Shown one piece after another: positions 1-9,495 of a stretch of 32,000 bases of DNA. The notes under the pieces are model-generated. The model searched no databases. It saw nothing but the letters and a program-made list of their open reading frames with translations, and was not told where the DNA came from. Origin of the DNA: Synechococcus elongatus PCC 6301 (GTDB taxonomy: Bacteria; Cyanobacteriota; Cyanobacteriia; Synechococcales; Synechococcaceae); the NCBI RefSeq assembly GCF_000010065.1, contig NC_006576.1, forward strand, positions 2,040,001 through 2,072,000. The letters run 5' to 3'. The position numbers were made by a program, and so were the translations under genes. Position 1 is the first letter of the stretch. The number at the start of each line of letters is the position of its first letter.

Positions 1-229
1 GACTGGCTTCTCGATGGGGCCAGCGTTCAGGAAATCGCCAAAGACTGCCATCAAGACTGAGCGGCAGATCCAAGAGATGACCATCAATCCAGCTATCAGG
101 TAGCCTTGCTAACTGTCGAAAGGCATCTCGATAGAGCTGTAGCAAGCTTTGAAACTGGTCATCTGCGCGGTTAAACTGATGTCGTTTACTCTCGAGCAAA
201 CGCCGAATTTCACTGGCACGAGTGGGCAT
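1..229 (-). CDS. Partial hypothetical protein (N-terminal part, runs off the left edge)
   Basis: Minus-strand frame from ATG (CAT at 227-229) is open to base 1: MPTRASEIRRLLESKRHQFNRADDQFQSLLQLYRDAFRQLARLPDSWIDGHLLDLPLSLDGSLWRFPERWPHREAS... It has protein-like composition. It is absent from the ORF track, probably because it is truncated. Confidence 0.6.
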   Translation of the reverse strand, partial: MPTRASEIRRLLESKRHQFNRADDQFQSLLQLYRDAFRQLARLPDSWIDGHLLDLPLSLDGSLWRFPERWPHREAS

Positions 230-242
230 TGAATCAGCCTAG

Positions 243-1346
243 CTAGCTTAAAACTAAGTTGTCGCGATGGACGATGGTTTCTGCACCTTCGTAGCCTAGG
301 ATTTGAACAATTTGATCACTTTGACAGCCACGGATCTGCTGCAGTTCGTGACTGTCATAGTTGACTAATCCTCGGGCAATTTCAGTGCCGTTGAGATCAC
401 AGAGCTGAACTGCATCTTGGGCTTCAAAATCTCCTTCGATCGCTTGAATTCCAGCGGCTAAAAGCGACTTACCCCCTGCTTGAATCGCTTGCACTGCACC
501 AGCATCCAGCAACAGTTTTCCAGTTGGCACGAGGCCGTGGGCAATCCAGCGTTTGCGGGCATTGACTGTTTCCGGTTGCGGCTCAAACCAAGTGCCGATC
601 GCCTCACCCGCCAAGATTTTCAGCAGATTTTCGGGCGATCGCCCTTGGGTAATCACGGTACGAACGCTCGCTTGGGTAGCAATTTTCGCTGCAGTCAACT
701 TCGTTGCCATACCGCCTGTACCCCAGCGACTGCCCTGTCCACCTGCTTGAATCGATTCCAGCTCCGAGAGGTCGTGGACAATTGTGATCGGCTTAGCATT
801 TGGATCCTGGCGAGGGTCGGCTGTGTAGAGCCGATCAACATCGGTTAGTAGGAACAGCCATTGCGCTTCCACGAGACTGGCGACTAAGGCCGACAGCGTG
901 TCATTGTCGCCAAACTTGAGTTCTTCAACAGCGACCGTGTCATTCTCGTTGACAATTGGCACGACGCCCAGCTCGAATAGTTCCTGAAAGGTTTGATAGG
1001 CATTGATGTAGCGTTGCCGCTGCGCCAGATCACCGCGCGTTAGCAGAACTTGAGCGATCGGCTGACCGAGGGTCGTAAACAGATCGTCGTAGGTGCGCAT
1101 CAAGCGACCCTGACCGACCGCTGCGATCGCCTGACGTTGGGCAATACGGCTGGGGCGATCGCGCAGCCCAAGGCGAGTGCAACCGACCCCAACCGCGCCC
1201 GAGGAGACTAGAACGACGTTGTAGCCCTGTCGGCGCAGTTGGCAAATCACTTCAACCAGCCCCGCAATCGTCGAGAGTGCCAAGCCCGGATGGTGGGGAT
1301 TGGTCAGACTGCTGGTGCCAATTTTGACCACGAGGGTCTCGGACAT
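243..1346 (-). CDS. proB: Glutamate 5-kinase
   Basis: [17 protein letters not shown]..., [40 protein letters not shown] and [15 protein letters not shown] are typical of the amino-acid kinase family, followed by a C-terminal PUA-like region. The start is likely the internal ATG at 1346 rather than 1400. Confidence 0.95.
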   Translation of the reverse strand: MSETLVVKIGTSSLTNPHHPGLALSTIAGLVEVICQLRRQGYNVVLVSSGAVGVGCTRLGLRDRPSRIAQRQAIAAVGQGRLMRTYDDLFTTLGQPIAQVLLTRGDLAQRQRYINAYQTFQELFELGVVPIVNENDTVAVEELKFGDNDTLSALVASLVEAQWLFLLTDVDRLYTADPRQDPNAKPITIVHDLSELESIQAGGQGSRWGTGGMATKLTAAKIATQASVRTVITQGRSPENLLKILAGEAIGTWFEPQPETVNARKRWIAHGLVPTGKLLLDAGAVQAIQAGGKSLLAAGIQAIEGDFEAQDAVQLCDLNGTEIARGLVNYDSHELQQIRGCQSDQIVQILGYEGAETIVHRDNLVLS

Positions 1347-1483
1347 GGGAGCCACAGACCGGAAGAACGTCTCTAGTATCTTGCCTCTGTGGGGTTGCAA
1401 GCGATGACAATCACTCGGCTAGTAGCTTGCTGTTTCCCAAAAGTTGGGGCAGCTTAGGGCAGGACTGAAATGGAGTCATCCCT

Positions 1484-2125
1484 ATGTGGCGGGCGATCGC
1501 AGTGGCGAGTTTGGTGCTCACAGCTTGCGCGCCCACGCAGCAGCTTCAGGCAGAAATTCAAGAAGTCGCGACCTCACCCGTCTTTGCCAGCCAACCCAAT
1601 CAAGCAGAACAACCGGCCTCTGAGGGGACAGTTGTTATTCAAGGCGGACAAATTCGTACCGAGAGTCCCGGTAAAGCCCAAATTCAACTGAGTGATGGTC
1701 TGCAGTTTCGACTGGGTGGCAACGCCTTGTTGAAAATTGAGCCTGAACTCCAGCTCGATCGCGGTCAGATTATTGCTTGGCTGACGCCGAATCAAAAGCG
1801 CGATCGCCCCTTGCAAATCCGCACGCCAACTGCCACAGCCGCTATTCGCGGCACAACGGTCTTTATTGAGCAAACAGAGACCCAAGCTCTGATCTTGAGC
1901 TGGGAAGGACAAGTGGAGGTGCAGCTACCTTCTGGTGTGACCACACAGCTGACAAGTGGTCAATTGGTTCGCCTTCGGCCCGGCCAAACGACCTTGCCGA
2001 CGCCAGAGCGTTTGAGTCGTCCCGCAGCTGAGCAACGCTTCCAACGAAGCCTGCTGCTGAATGGTTTCGCCACGCCGATGGAAACGCTGCCCGAAATTCG
2101 CCGCCAACTATTGGGACTGTCTTAG
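1484..2125 (+). CDS. FecR-domain lipoprotein-like protein
   Basis: N-terminal MWRAIAVASLVLTAC resembles a lipobox. FecR-like segments: GTVVIQGGQIRTESPGKAQIQLSDGLQFRLGGNALLKI and IRTPTATAAIRGTTVFIE. Confidence 0.75.
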   Translation: MWRAIAVASLVLTACAPTQQLQAEIQEVATSPVFASQPNQAEQPASEGTVVIQGGQIRTESPGKAQIQLSDGLQFRLGGNALLKIEPELQLDRGQIIAWLTPNQKRDRPLQIRTPTATAAIRGTTVFIEQTETQALILSWEGQVEVQLPSGVTTQLTSGQLVRLRPGQTTLPTPERLSRPAAEQRFQRSLLLNGFATPMETLPEIRRQLLGLS

Positions 2126-2128
2126 CCC

Positions 2129-3976
2129 ATGGCGATCGCTCGGCGGTTAGGCTGGTCGCTTCCCACAGCACTGGCGGGTGCGATCGCCCTCGCCGGGTTG
2201 TTGCTCTCACCGTTGGCAATCAGTCCACTGACCCAACCGGGGCGCTGGCTAGATGCGGTGTTATTGAGTGCGGCCTTTCGGTTGCGAGGCCCCCAAGCCC
2301 CAGATCCCGCGATCGCAATCGTGGTGATCGATGAGGATTCGCTGCGACTGGGTGATCTGTTCACGGCAGCGGAGTTAGAGGCACGTCCGCCTCTGGCAGA
2401 TCTTCAAGACTGGCCCTGGCCGCGCCGCATTTACGCCTTGGCGCTCCAGCGTTTGCGAGCTGCCGGGGCGCGACGGGTCATCTTCGATATTGTTTTTGCC
2501 ACTCCTACCCGCTTTGGACCGGATGATGATCGCCGCTTTGCGGATGCGATCGCCCAAGCCGGATCGTCCGTGACGCTCGCTGGAGAACTGGAGCAGGTTG
2601 ATCGTAGTGCCGGACTTAGTCAGGCTAGCCTCGCTCAACCCATCTATGAACATCCCTTTGGCCTAGCCAATCTGATAGCAGGCGCAGATGGCAGTCTGCA
2701 AGCGATCCCCGGTCAAGACTGGCTTCAACCTTGGCAAATCTTACAAGCCCGCGATCGCCCGCCTCTATCTAACCTTGCGAGTGCAGCTCTGGGACAGGCG
2801 CCGCCGCCTCTCTCCTTAGGCATCAACTACAGCGGCCCTGAGGGAACCTATCCACGCTGGCCATTTTGGGCGTTGTTCGATCCAGAACTCTGGCAGGGAC
2901 CACTGCAGCAAGGTGCTGTCTTTCGCGATCGCGATGTTTTGATTGGGGCCAGTGCCAGCAGTCTGGGCGATCGCCATGCCACACCCTTTGCCGACAGCAT
3001 GGCCGGTGTCGAGATCCAAGCCAATGCGATCGCCACCCTCCGCAGTCAACGCGGTTTGCGATCGCTTCCGCAAGTTTGGTTATCGCTGCTATTGATCCTT
3101 GTGGCCCTGCTCCAGATCTGGGGTGTTCAGCGCTGTCCGAGTCCGCTTAGCAAAGCACTCTGGACGTTGGGGATCACGAGCGCAGTCTTACTGGCTTGCT
3201 TCATCGCCTTTTTGCAAACTTGGCTGGTGTCGCCCACCGCCTTGCTCCTTGTGCCATTGCTGGCAGGCATCGGTGACAGTGCCAACAGCGCTTGGCAAGT
3301 GCAACGGGAACGGCGATCGCTACGACGCGCCTTAGCGCTGCGGGTGTCGCCAGCCTTACTGGGTACGATTCTGGCGCAGCGGGATGCGGTAGCCAATCAG
3401 CTCGGTGGGCATAACTGCGAAGCAGTGATCCTGTTTTCGGATCTGCGTGGGTTTACGCAGTTGTCCAGCCAAATCGACTCGACTGTGTTGGTGGCGCTGC
3501 TCAATCGCTACTTTGAGGCGATGGCCCAGCCGATTCTGGCGGCGCAGGGGTTGATCGATAAATTTGTTGGCGATGCGATCATGGCGGAGTTTGGGCTGCC
3601 GCTCAGTCGGGGCACCGTGATCGAAGCCCAGGCGGCGATTCAAGCAGCCCTCGCCATGCGGCGATCGCTCGCCCGTTTGCGAGCTGAATTAGTCGCTGAA
3701 GGCTTACCACCTTTGTTTCATGGCATTGGACTGAATTTCGGGACAGTAGTCGCTGGCAATCTAGGCGCGCCCGAGCGGCTGGAATATACCGTGATTGGCG
3801 ATGCGGTTAATATCGCTGCCCGTCTGGAAAGTCTGACCAAGACACTGGGCTATGACATCATCATTTCCCAAGCGCTCTATGAGCAGGTGCAAGAGCAGGT
3901 TGAAGTGATGCCCTTGGGCCTCCAACAGCTCCGCTGGGCGATCGCAGCCGGTGTTCACCTATGCTGTCTTGGATGA
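2129..3976 (+). CDS. CHASE2-domain adenylate/guanylate cyclase (class III, probable adenylate cyclase)
   Basis: N-terminal extracytoplasmic CHASE2-like region (AIAIVVIDEDSL...DWPWPRRIYA...), about 3 transmembrane helices, then a class III cyclase domain: VILFSDLRGFTQLS, LIDKFVGDAIMAEFG, LEYTVIGDAVNIAARLE. The annotated end may be frameshifted (see findings). Confidence 0.9.
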   Translation: MAIARRLGWSLPTALAGAIALAGLLLSPLAISPLTQPGRWLDAVLLSAAFRLRGPQAPDPAIAIVVIDEDSLRLGDLFTAAELEARPPLADLQDWPWPRRIYALALQRLRAAGARRVIFDIVFATPTRFGPDDDRRFADAIAQAGSSVTLAGELEQVDRSAGLSQASLAQPIYEHPFGLANLIAGADGSLQAIPGQDWLQPWQILQARDRPPLSNLASAALGQAPPPLSLGINYSGPEGTYPRWPFWALFDPELWQGPLQQGAVFRDRDVLIGASASSLGDRHATPFADSMAGVEIQANAIATLRSQRGLRSLPQVWLSLLLILVALLQIWGVQRCPSPLSKALWTLGITSAVLLACFIAFLQTWLVSPTALLLVPLLAGIGDSANSAWQVQRERRSLRRALALRVSPALLGTILAQRDAVANQLGGHNCEAVILFSDLRGFTQLSSQIDSTVLVALLNRYFEAMAQPILAAQGLIDKFVGDAIMAEFGLPLSRGTVIEAQAAIQAALAMRRSLARLRAELVAEGLPPLFHGIGLNFGTVVAGNLGAPERLEYTVIGDAVNIAARLESLTKTLGYDIIISQALYEQVQEQVEVMPLGLQQLRWAIAAGVHLCCLG

Positions 3977-4027
3977 GCAGGGCGGCGATGGGCAATTAGC
4001 CCGTCAGGTCCAGCAAGATTATCAGGC

Positions 4028-4396
4028 GTGGCAACAAGGGATAAATCGGACGTGATCGCTCAGGGTGGAACGCTGCTATTCCTGTTGATTGCCGGTCATT
4101 TTCTCGGTGATTTCGGACTGCAATCCGATACGATGGCGCGCGAAAAATCGCGTCATTCCACCACACCCCTCCAAAAAAGTGTCCCTTGGTATTGGTGGCT
4201 TTCAGCTCACACATTGATCCATGGTGGGATTGTCACACTTCTGACGGGCTCAGGCTTGCTGGGCATGATTGAGGTGGGAATTCATGCGATCGCAGATTGG
4301 CTGAAGTGTGAGAACCGCACGACACTCCTGCAGGATCAAATTCTGCACTTGCTGACGAAATTGGGTTTTTGGTTGTGGCTGCTGCAGACCATGTAG
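4028..4396 (+). CDS. DUF3307-like integral membrane protein
   Basis: GTG-start ORF with LLFLLIAGHFLGDFGLQSDTMAREKS...HTLIHGG...HAIADWLK, a compact hydrophobic profile. The exact start is uncertain. Confidence 0.6.
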   Translation: MATRDKSDVIAQGGTLLFLLIAGHFLGDFGLQSDTMAREKSRHSTTPLQKSVPWYWWLSAHTLIHGGIVTLLTGSGLLGMIEVGIHAIADWLKCENRTTLLQDQILHLLTKLGFWLWLLQTM

Positions 4397-6057
4397 AACC
4401 AGCGATCGCGCCTGATCGATCTGAGGCGAAGGCCACAGCAACCCTACTGGAGCGACTGCTCGCGATCGGCACTGCCCTTTCTGCTTGCCGAGATCCCGAT
4501 CAGTTACTGAGCTTGATTTTGCAGAGTAGCCGGGATCTGACCTGCAGTGACGGTGGCAGTTTGTACCTCGTTGATCGCAGTGATCCGCAGCAGCCTTGGC
4601 TGCGCTTCCAAATTTTCCAGAGCGACAGCTTGCCCAGTTCCCTTGAAGCCCCGCCACCGCTACCCCTCGATCGCCATAGTTTGGCGGGCTATGTGGCAGC
4701 GACCGGCGAAACCCTGAATCTGGCCGATGTTTATGCTTTGGACGGGCAACAACCGTTTCAGTTCAACGCCAGCTTCGACCAGCGGTTGAACTACCGCACC
4801 TGCTCGATGTTAGTGCTGCCGATGTGCGATCAAACCGGCAGTGTGATCGGGGTGATCCAACTGGTCAATCGCAAACGCCGGGCAGATCTGAAGCTGACGG
4901 CGGCGATCGCCTCAGAAGAAACCCAGCCCTACAGTGCGGCTGAAGAAGCACTCTTACGATCACTAGCCGGTCAAGCCGCGATCGCAATCGAACGAACCCT
5001 GTTGCAGCGCAGTATTGAAAATCTGTTTGAGGGCTTTATCTGCGCCTCGATCAAGATCATCGAATCCCGCGATCCCTGCACGATGGGTCATTCCGAGTGG
5101 GTGGCGCAACTCTCTGTTCGCTTGGCTGAACAAGTGCATGCCGTCGATCACGGTGCGTTAGCGGCTTATCAATTCAGCAATGCCCAACTGCAAGAGCTGC
5201 ACTACGCCTCACTGCTCCATGACTTTGGCAAAGTGGGGGTTCCTGAGGAGATTCTCAACAAGTCGCATAAGCTGCATCCAACTGAGCAACAGGGGCTGAA
5301 CTACCGACTGCAACTACTGCAGCAGCAACTGCAACTGGAGCAAGCCCGTCGTTGGCTGGCTCCAACCCTGACGGAGGCGATGCAACGGGCTGGGCTAGGG
5401 CATCCTCTGGACTGTATCTGGTGTCGGCAGTTTGGCAATTTAGCTGACCTAGAGGTCACGATCGCCCGACTCCAACAGGCACGATCGCTGCTGCAGGATC
5501 TCAATCAGCCACAAATTTTGGCAACCCCCGCCTATCGCGATCGCTTAGCGGAGGTGGAAGCGGAATTAGCCTGGCTGGCGTCCCTGCAGGTCATGGACTG
5601 GGATGGTCAGATGCGATCGCTGCTCGCGCCTGCAGAAGTGGAGAAATTACTGATTCCGAAGGGGAGTCTCACGCAGCAGGAGCGCTTGGCGATCGAGTCA
5701 CACGTTCAGCACACCTTCGCTTTTTTACAGGAGATCCCTTGGACGGGACCCTTAGCGCAGGTGCCGCATATTGCCCATGCCCACCACGAGCGCTTGGACG
5801 GTAGTGGCTATCCCCTCGGATTAGAACAGGCACAAATTCCAATGCAGGCGCAAATTATGGCGGTTGCTGATGTTTATGATGCGCTGACGGCTAGCGATCG
5901 CCCCTACAAACGCCGCGTTCCGATTGAAAAAGCGCTGCAAATTCTAGAGTGGGAAGCCCGCGATCGCAAACTGAATGATCAGTTGGTTCAACTCTTTCGG
6001 CAGCAGCAAATCTTCCAAATTCTTGGCCATCAGCTTCAGTCTGAAGACAGTGTCTAA
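4369..6057 (+). CDS. GAF domain plus HD-GYP domain protein (putative c-di-GMP phosphodiesterase)
   Basis: GAF-like region (LVLPMCDQTGSVIGVIQLVNRK...AIAIERTLLQ). HD motif LLHDFGKVGVPEEIL and GYP motif HHERLDGSGYP followed by AQIMAVADVYDALTASDRPYK. Start codon uncertain (TTG 4369 or further in). Confidence 0.88.
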   Translation: MVVAAADHVEPAIAPDRSEAKATATLLERLLAIGTALSACRDPDQLLSLILQSSRDLTCSDGGSLYLVDRSDPQQPWLRFQIFQSDSLPSSLEAPPPLPLDRHSLAGYVAATGETLNLADVYALDGQQPFQFNASFDQRLNYRTCSMLVLPMCDQTGSVIGVIQLVNRKRRADLKLTAAIASEETQPYSAAEEALLRSLAGQAAIAIERTLLQRSIENLFEGFICASIKIIESRDPCTMGHSEWVAQLSVRLAEQVHAVDHGALAAYQFSNAQLQELHYASLLHDFGKVGVPEEILNKSHKLHPTEQQGLNYRLQLLQQQLQLEQARRWLAPTLTEAMQRAGLGHPLDCIWCRQFGNLADLEVTIARLQQARSLLQDLNQPQILATPAYRDRLAEVEAELAWLASLQVMDWDGQMRSLLAPAEVEKLLIPKGSLTQQERLAIESHVQHTFAFLQEIPWTGPLAQVPHIAHAHHERLDGSGYPLGLEQAQIPMQAQIMAVADVYDALTASDRPYKRRVPIEKALQILEWEARDRKLNDQLVQLFRQQQIFQILGHQLQSEDSV

Positions 6058-6128
6058 ATAGCAATCATCTCCTCAGATTAAGGAAGAAAAGACCATTCAA
6101 AAGCAAAATTTTGGCTTGGCTGTTGTTT

Positions 6129-7781
6129 CTAGCGATCGCTCTGGGGTGAGGCTGATTGCTGACCCAGAGTTGCTGTCCAGCGCACTAAATGTCCTTTGCT
6201 ATGTTGCTTCGCATCGTAGAGGGCTGTATCTGCCGCTTGGAAAACAGTTTGTAAATCAGGATGATCAACTGGCCAAACAGCCAGACCAATACTGCTACCA
6301 ATCTCGATTTGTTGACCCTGTAGTGGAAAGACAGAGTTCAGAGCTTGCAAAATTCGCGCCCCGACTTGTTTGCCGATCGCTTCTGCCAATTCAACACTGC
6401 AAGGCAAAATCACTAGAAACTCATCACCACCCGTACGCGCTGCCAGCTCATTAGCCCGAATGCAGGCATGCAGTCGAGCGGCTACTGCTTTCAGCAGCAC
6501 ATCGCCCATCGCATGACCATAGGTATCATTAATCGGCTTAAATCCATCTAAATCAATTGCCAAAATGACCAGTGACTGATCAGGTTCTAGAGATTGATAC
6601 TGTGACAGATAAGCTGCTAATCCTAAGCGGTTCTGCAAACCAGTTAACGCATCATGGTGAGCTAAGGACTCCGCCTGTTTACGCGCTTGGCTTTGGGCTT
6701 CAGCTTGGGCATCGAGGCGCTGCACAATTCGCGAAATCTTGCCTAGCTCTCCAACCCAAGGCAGCTGATCGCGATCGCTGCGATCGCCTTTCTCCAGCCG
6801 ACTTGCCCAAGACGATAGCTGTCGTAAGGGCTTGGCAAACCAATCGGCTAGAAGCCAGGCAACTCCCACAACCGCCCCACTACTGAGCAGTGTGAACAGA
6901 ATGATGTCGCGCTGCAGTTGGTGCGCTGGTGCATAGGCAACAGCGATCGGTTGACGGGTGATCGTAATCCAACCCAGGCCGTTGTAGGTGCGATAACCCG
7001 CAGAGACGCGATAGGCGGTCATATAGTCCTGGCCATCGGGCCAACGCAGCACCTGCCAACGACTCTCTCCAGCCTTCAAAACTCTCGGCAAAATGTTTAG
7101 GGTCGCACCTTTGCCAAATTCTTGTGGCCCCAGCAAGATCGTGCGATCCGTTGCGACAACGAGCAATTCGACCCGACGATCGGCTGCGATCGGTGAAAGA
7201 ATCGTCGACTCGGCATCGCGGGCCCATTCCCAGCTGAGATGAGAGGCAAGCACGCCTGTGGGCTTGCCATCACGGTCTTGAATTGGAATTGAAATATCGA
7301 CAAATTGAATCGGCTCGCCGTTGGCTTGTCGAGGAAATTTGCTGGCAAGCAGTACGGCGTCATGAACATCACCGATGAACAGTCCTTTGATTCCATTGGC
7401 GAACACAGGGCGGCTGGTGATATTCACGCCTTCGATAATGCGATCGGTGGAAGCAATGACTTTGCCTTGACGATCGAGCAGACCCACCCAAGTAAAGACT
7501 GGCAGCTCCCGTTTAAGGCGATCGAGGAGGCGTTGAATCTCTGGACGATTGCGATCGCTCAGCAAGTCTGGAACGCTGGAGAGGGTGACGATTTCATTAG
7601 CCCTCGACCACATGCTCTGGTCGAGGAGGGTTGAGAACTGGTAGGCCGTTTCCTGCAGCGAATCCCCTGCAGCAGTCTGTGCCAGCCGCACCGTTCGCTG
7701 GCCAATCACGGTGCTGATCACCAAGCTTGACAACATCAGCAACCCACTGAAGCCGATCGCAAGTCTTGTTCGAAAATTCAT
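6129..7781 (-). CDS. Membrane sensor diguanylate cyclase (Cache-like periplasmic sensor, HAMP, GGDEF)
   Basis: N-terminal TM, extracytoplasmic sensor with a second TM (IILFTLLSSGAVVGVAWLLADW), HAMP-like linker, HDALTGLQNRLGL and ELAARTGGDEFLVILP. Confidence 0.92.
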   Translation of the reverse strand: MNFRTRLAIGFSGLLMLSSLVISTVIGQRTVRLAQTAAGDSLQETAYQFSTLLDQSMWSRANEIVTLSSVPDLLSDRNRPEIQRLLDRLKRELPVFTWVGLLDRQGKVIASTDRIIEGVNITSRPVFANGIKGLFIGDVHDAVLLASKFPRQANGEPIQFVDISIPIQDRDGKPTGVLASHLSWEWARDAESTILSPIAADRRVELLVVATDRTILLGPQEFGKGATLNILPRVLKAGESRWQVLRWPDGQDYMTAYRVSAGYRTYNGLGWITITRQPIAVAYAPAHQLQRDIILFTLLSSGAVVGVAWLLADWFAKPLRQLSSWASRLEKGDRSDRDQLPWVGELGKISRIVQRLDAQAEAQSQARKQAESLAHHDALTGLQNRLGLAAYLSQYQSLEPDQSLVILAIDLDGFKPINDTYGHAMGDVLLKAVAARLHACIRANELAARTGGDEFLVILPCSVELAEAIGKQVGARILQALNSVFPLQGQQIEIGSSIGLAVWPVDHPDLQTVFQAADTALYDAKQHSKGHLVRWTATLGQQSASPQSDR

Positions 7782-7875
7782 TGCTGCCTACAGCACTCAG
7801 TGGTGCTGACTTCGCTGCTTTTTCAATGCTAGATGCGGTTACACCGATACTCAAAATTGTTGCGATCGCAGACCC

Positions 7876-8607
7876 ATGTCGCCATTGCTAGAACTGCTAC
7901 TCGCCTCGGGCATTGTTGCCCTCGGAAGTCTATTGCAAGCAGCTTCGGGCTTAGGTGCAGGCCTCATTGTCGTGCCCTTACTCTCGATGCTGTCAGTCGA
8001 TTGGGTTCCGGGTCCCTGCGTCGCAGCGAGTTTGTTGCTGTCTTGGCTAATGTTTTGGCAAGGTCGGCAGGTTGTGGTACATCGGCATCTAGGAGCCATG
8101 CTGGGTGGTCTCGCAGCCGGGATTGCGATCGCCGCTAGCCTTTTGCGGCAACTGCCATTGGATGCACTGGGGCTGGTGTTTGGTGGCCTAATTGTTCTGG
8201 CTGTGTTGATCAGTCTGACGCCGGTTCGTCTGCCGATTACTCGACTTTCAGCAGGACTAACAGGAATCTCGGCTGGACTGATAGGAACCTTGGCCGGCAT
8301 CGGAGCCCCCATCCTCGCCCTGTTTTATCAGCACGAGCGAGGGCCAGCGCTGCGAGCAACGCTGGGGCTGCTCTACTTTCTCTCCAGCTTGGTCATGCTG
8401 GCAGCACTGCACAGTGTCGGGCGATTTGGCAGCTTAGAAGTGGGGCGATCGCTGCAACTCTTTCCGGGTGTGATGTTGGGCTATTGGGTTTCACCTCGGT
8501 TGGCCCATTGGCTCGATCGCGGCTATAGCCAAATAGCAGTCCTAGCGATCGCTTTGCTGTCTTCCACCGTATTGATTGGGCAGAGCCTGCTGAAGTTACA
8601 GTCCTAG
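7876..8607 (+). CDS. TauE/SafE-family membrane protein (sulfite exporter-like permease)
   Basis: Two-halved hydrophobic protein with GSLLQAASGLGAGLIVVPLLSML and GLIGTLAGIGAPILALFYQHERG, typical TauE/SafE glycine-rich motifs. Confidence 0.82.
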   Translation: MSPLLELLLASGIVALGSLLQAASGLGAGLIVVPLLSMLSVDWVPGPCVAASLLLSWLMFWQGRQVVVHRHLGAMLGGLAAGIAIAASLLRQLPLDALGLVFGGLIVLAVLISLTPVRLPITRLSAGLTGISAGLIGTLAGIGAPILALFYQHERGPALRATLGLLYFLSSLVMLAALHSVGRFGSLEVGRSLQLFPGVMLGYWVSPRLAHWLDRGYSQIAVLAIALLSSTVLIGQSLLKLQS

Positions 8608-8672
8608 CTGCACAACAAAAAGCCCTCCAGAGGTCATGCAAACCCTCCAGAAGGCGATCGCGAGCAATCATC

Positions 8673-9095
8673 CTAAGCTTCGGAACTGGGACTCGCCGGA
8701 GTTTCAGTGTCTAACTTCAGCGAAGCCGAATTGAGGCAATAACGCTGTCCTGTAGGTTTCGGGCCATCGGGAAAGACATGTCCCAAGTGCGCATCGCAAC
8801 GGGCGCAAAGAATCTCAGTGCGCATCATCAGGAAGCTGAAATCTTTTTTGTAGGTGATCGCGGACTCATCAACCGGCGCCCAAAAGCTCGGCCAGCCAGT
8901 GCCGGAATCAAACTTGGTATCCGACCGGAACAGAGGCGCATCACAACAGATACACCGGTAGAGGCCGGGATCTTTGGTATCCCAATAGGCGCCCGTGAAA
9001 GCTCGCTCAGTCCCGTGTTTCCGAGTGACTTGAAACTGCTCAGGGGTGAGCTGGGCCCGCCACTCTTCTTCGCTTTTCCGAATTTTTTCGGTCAT
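8673..9095 (-). CDS. msrB: Peptide-methionine (R)-S-oxide reductase
   Basis: [46 protein letters not shown]...[30 protein letters not shown]. CxxC zinc motifs and the RYCxN catalytic motif are present. Confidence 0.96.
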   Translation of the reverse strand: MTEKIRKSEEEWRAQLTPEQFQVTRKHGTERAFTGAYWDTKDPGLYRCICCDAPLFRSDTKFDSGTGWPSFWAPVDESAITYKKDFSFLMMRTEILCARCDAHLGHVFPDGPKPTGQRYCLNSASLKLDTETPASPSSEA

Positions 9096-9147
9096 GGATC
9101 AGACGTTTCCGTAGTGCCTGCGATCCTAACAACTCGTTCTGAGGAAC

Positions 9148-9267
9148 TCAGCGGTTCTTGGAGGTCAGAATGCCGGTGAACATCATCACCAAACCGCCGA
9201 CAAAAACGACGATCGCCAGTCCCCCTGCGATCCAATCCATCCAGGCTGCATCGGGCATTTCAGACAT
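9148..9267 (-). CDS. Small single-pass membrane protein, hypothetical (39 aa)
   Basis: MSEMPDAAWMDWIAGGLAIVVFVGGLVMMFTGILTSKNR, a soluble N-terminus, one hydrophobic helix and a basic tail. The 87-aa ORF-track version has an implausible N-terminal extension. Confidence 0.55.
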   Translation of the reverse strand: MSEMPDAAWMDWIAGGLAIVVFVGGLVMMFTGILTSKNR

Positions 9268-9495
9268 GGTTGACTGGCTCAAAACTGCTCCCATGGTGCC
9301 ATTCTTGCTGGGACAGTCCAAGTCGTGAGGCTCTGGCCGGCGCGATCGCGGGTGCTCGGCGCGATGTTTCCCTAGGCCGAATAGAGCAGACACTCTGTTT
9401 TTTCGTTGCATTCCGTTAAGGACTAGCCGAGGAATGGTTTGGCGAGTAACAGGGCTCGTTAGAGTCGATCTACTTGACGCCTCGCATTTGCCAGC

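Noticed and set aside
8624-8655. Direct repeat CCCTCCAGA ... CCCTCCAGA between the TauE/SafE and msrB genes
   Set aside because: Only two short copies, and I could not fold a convincing terminator or array from them. Too weak to call.
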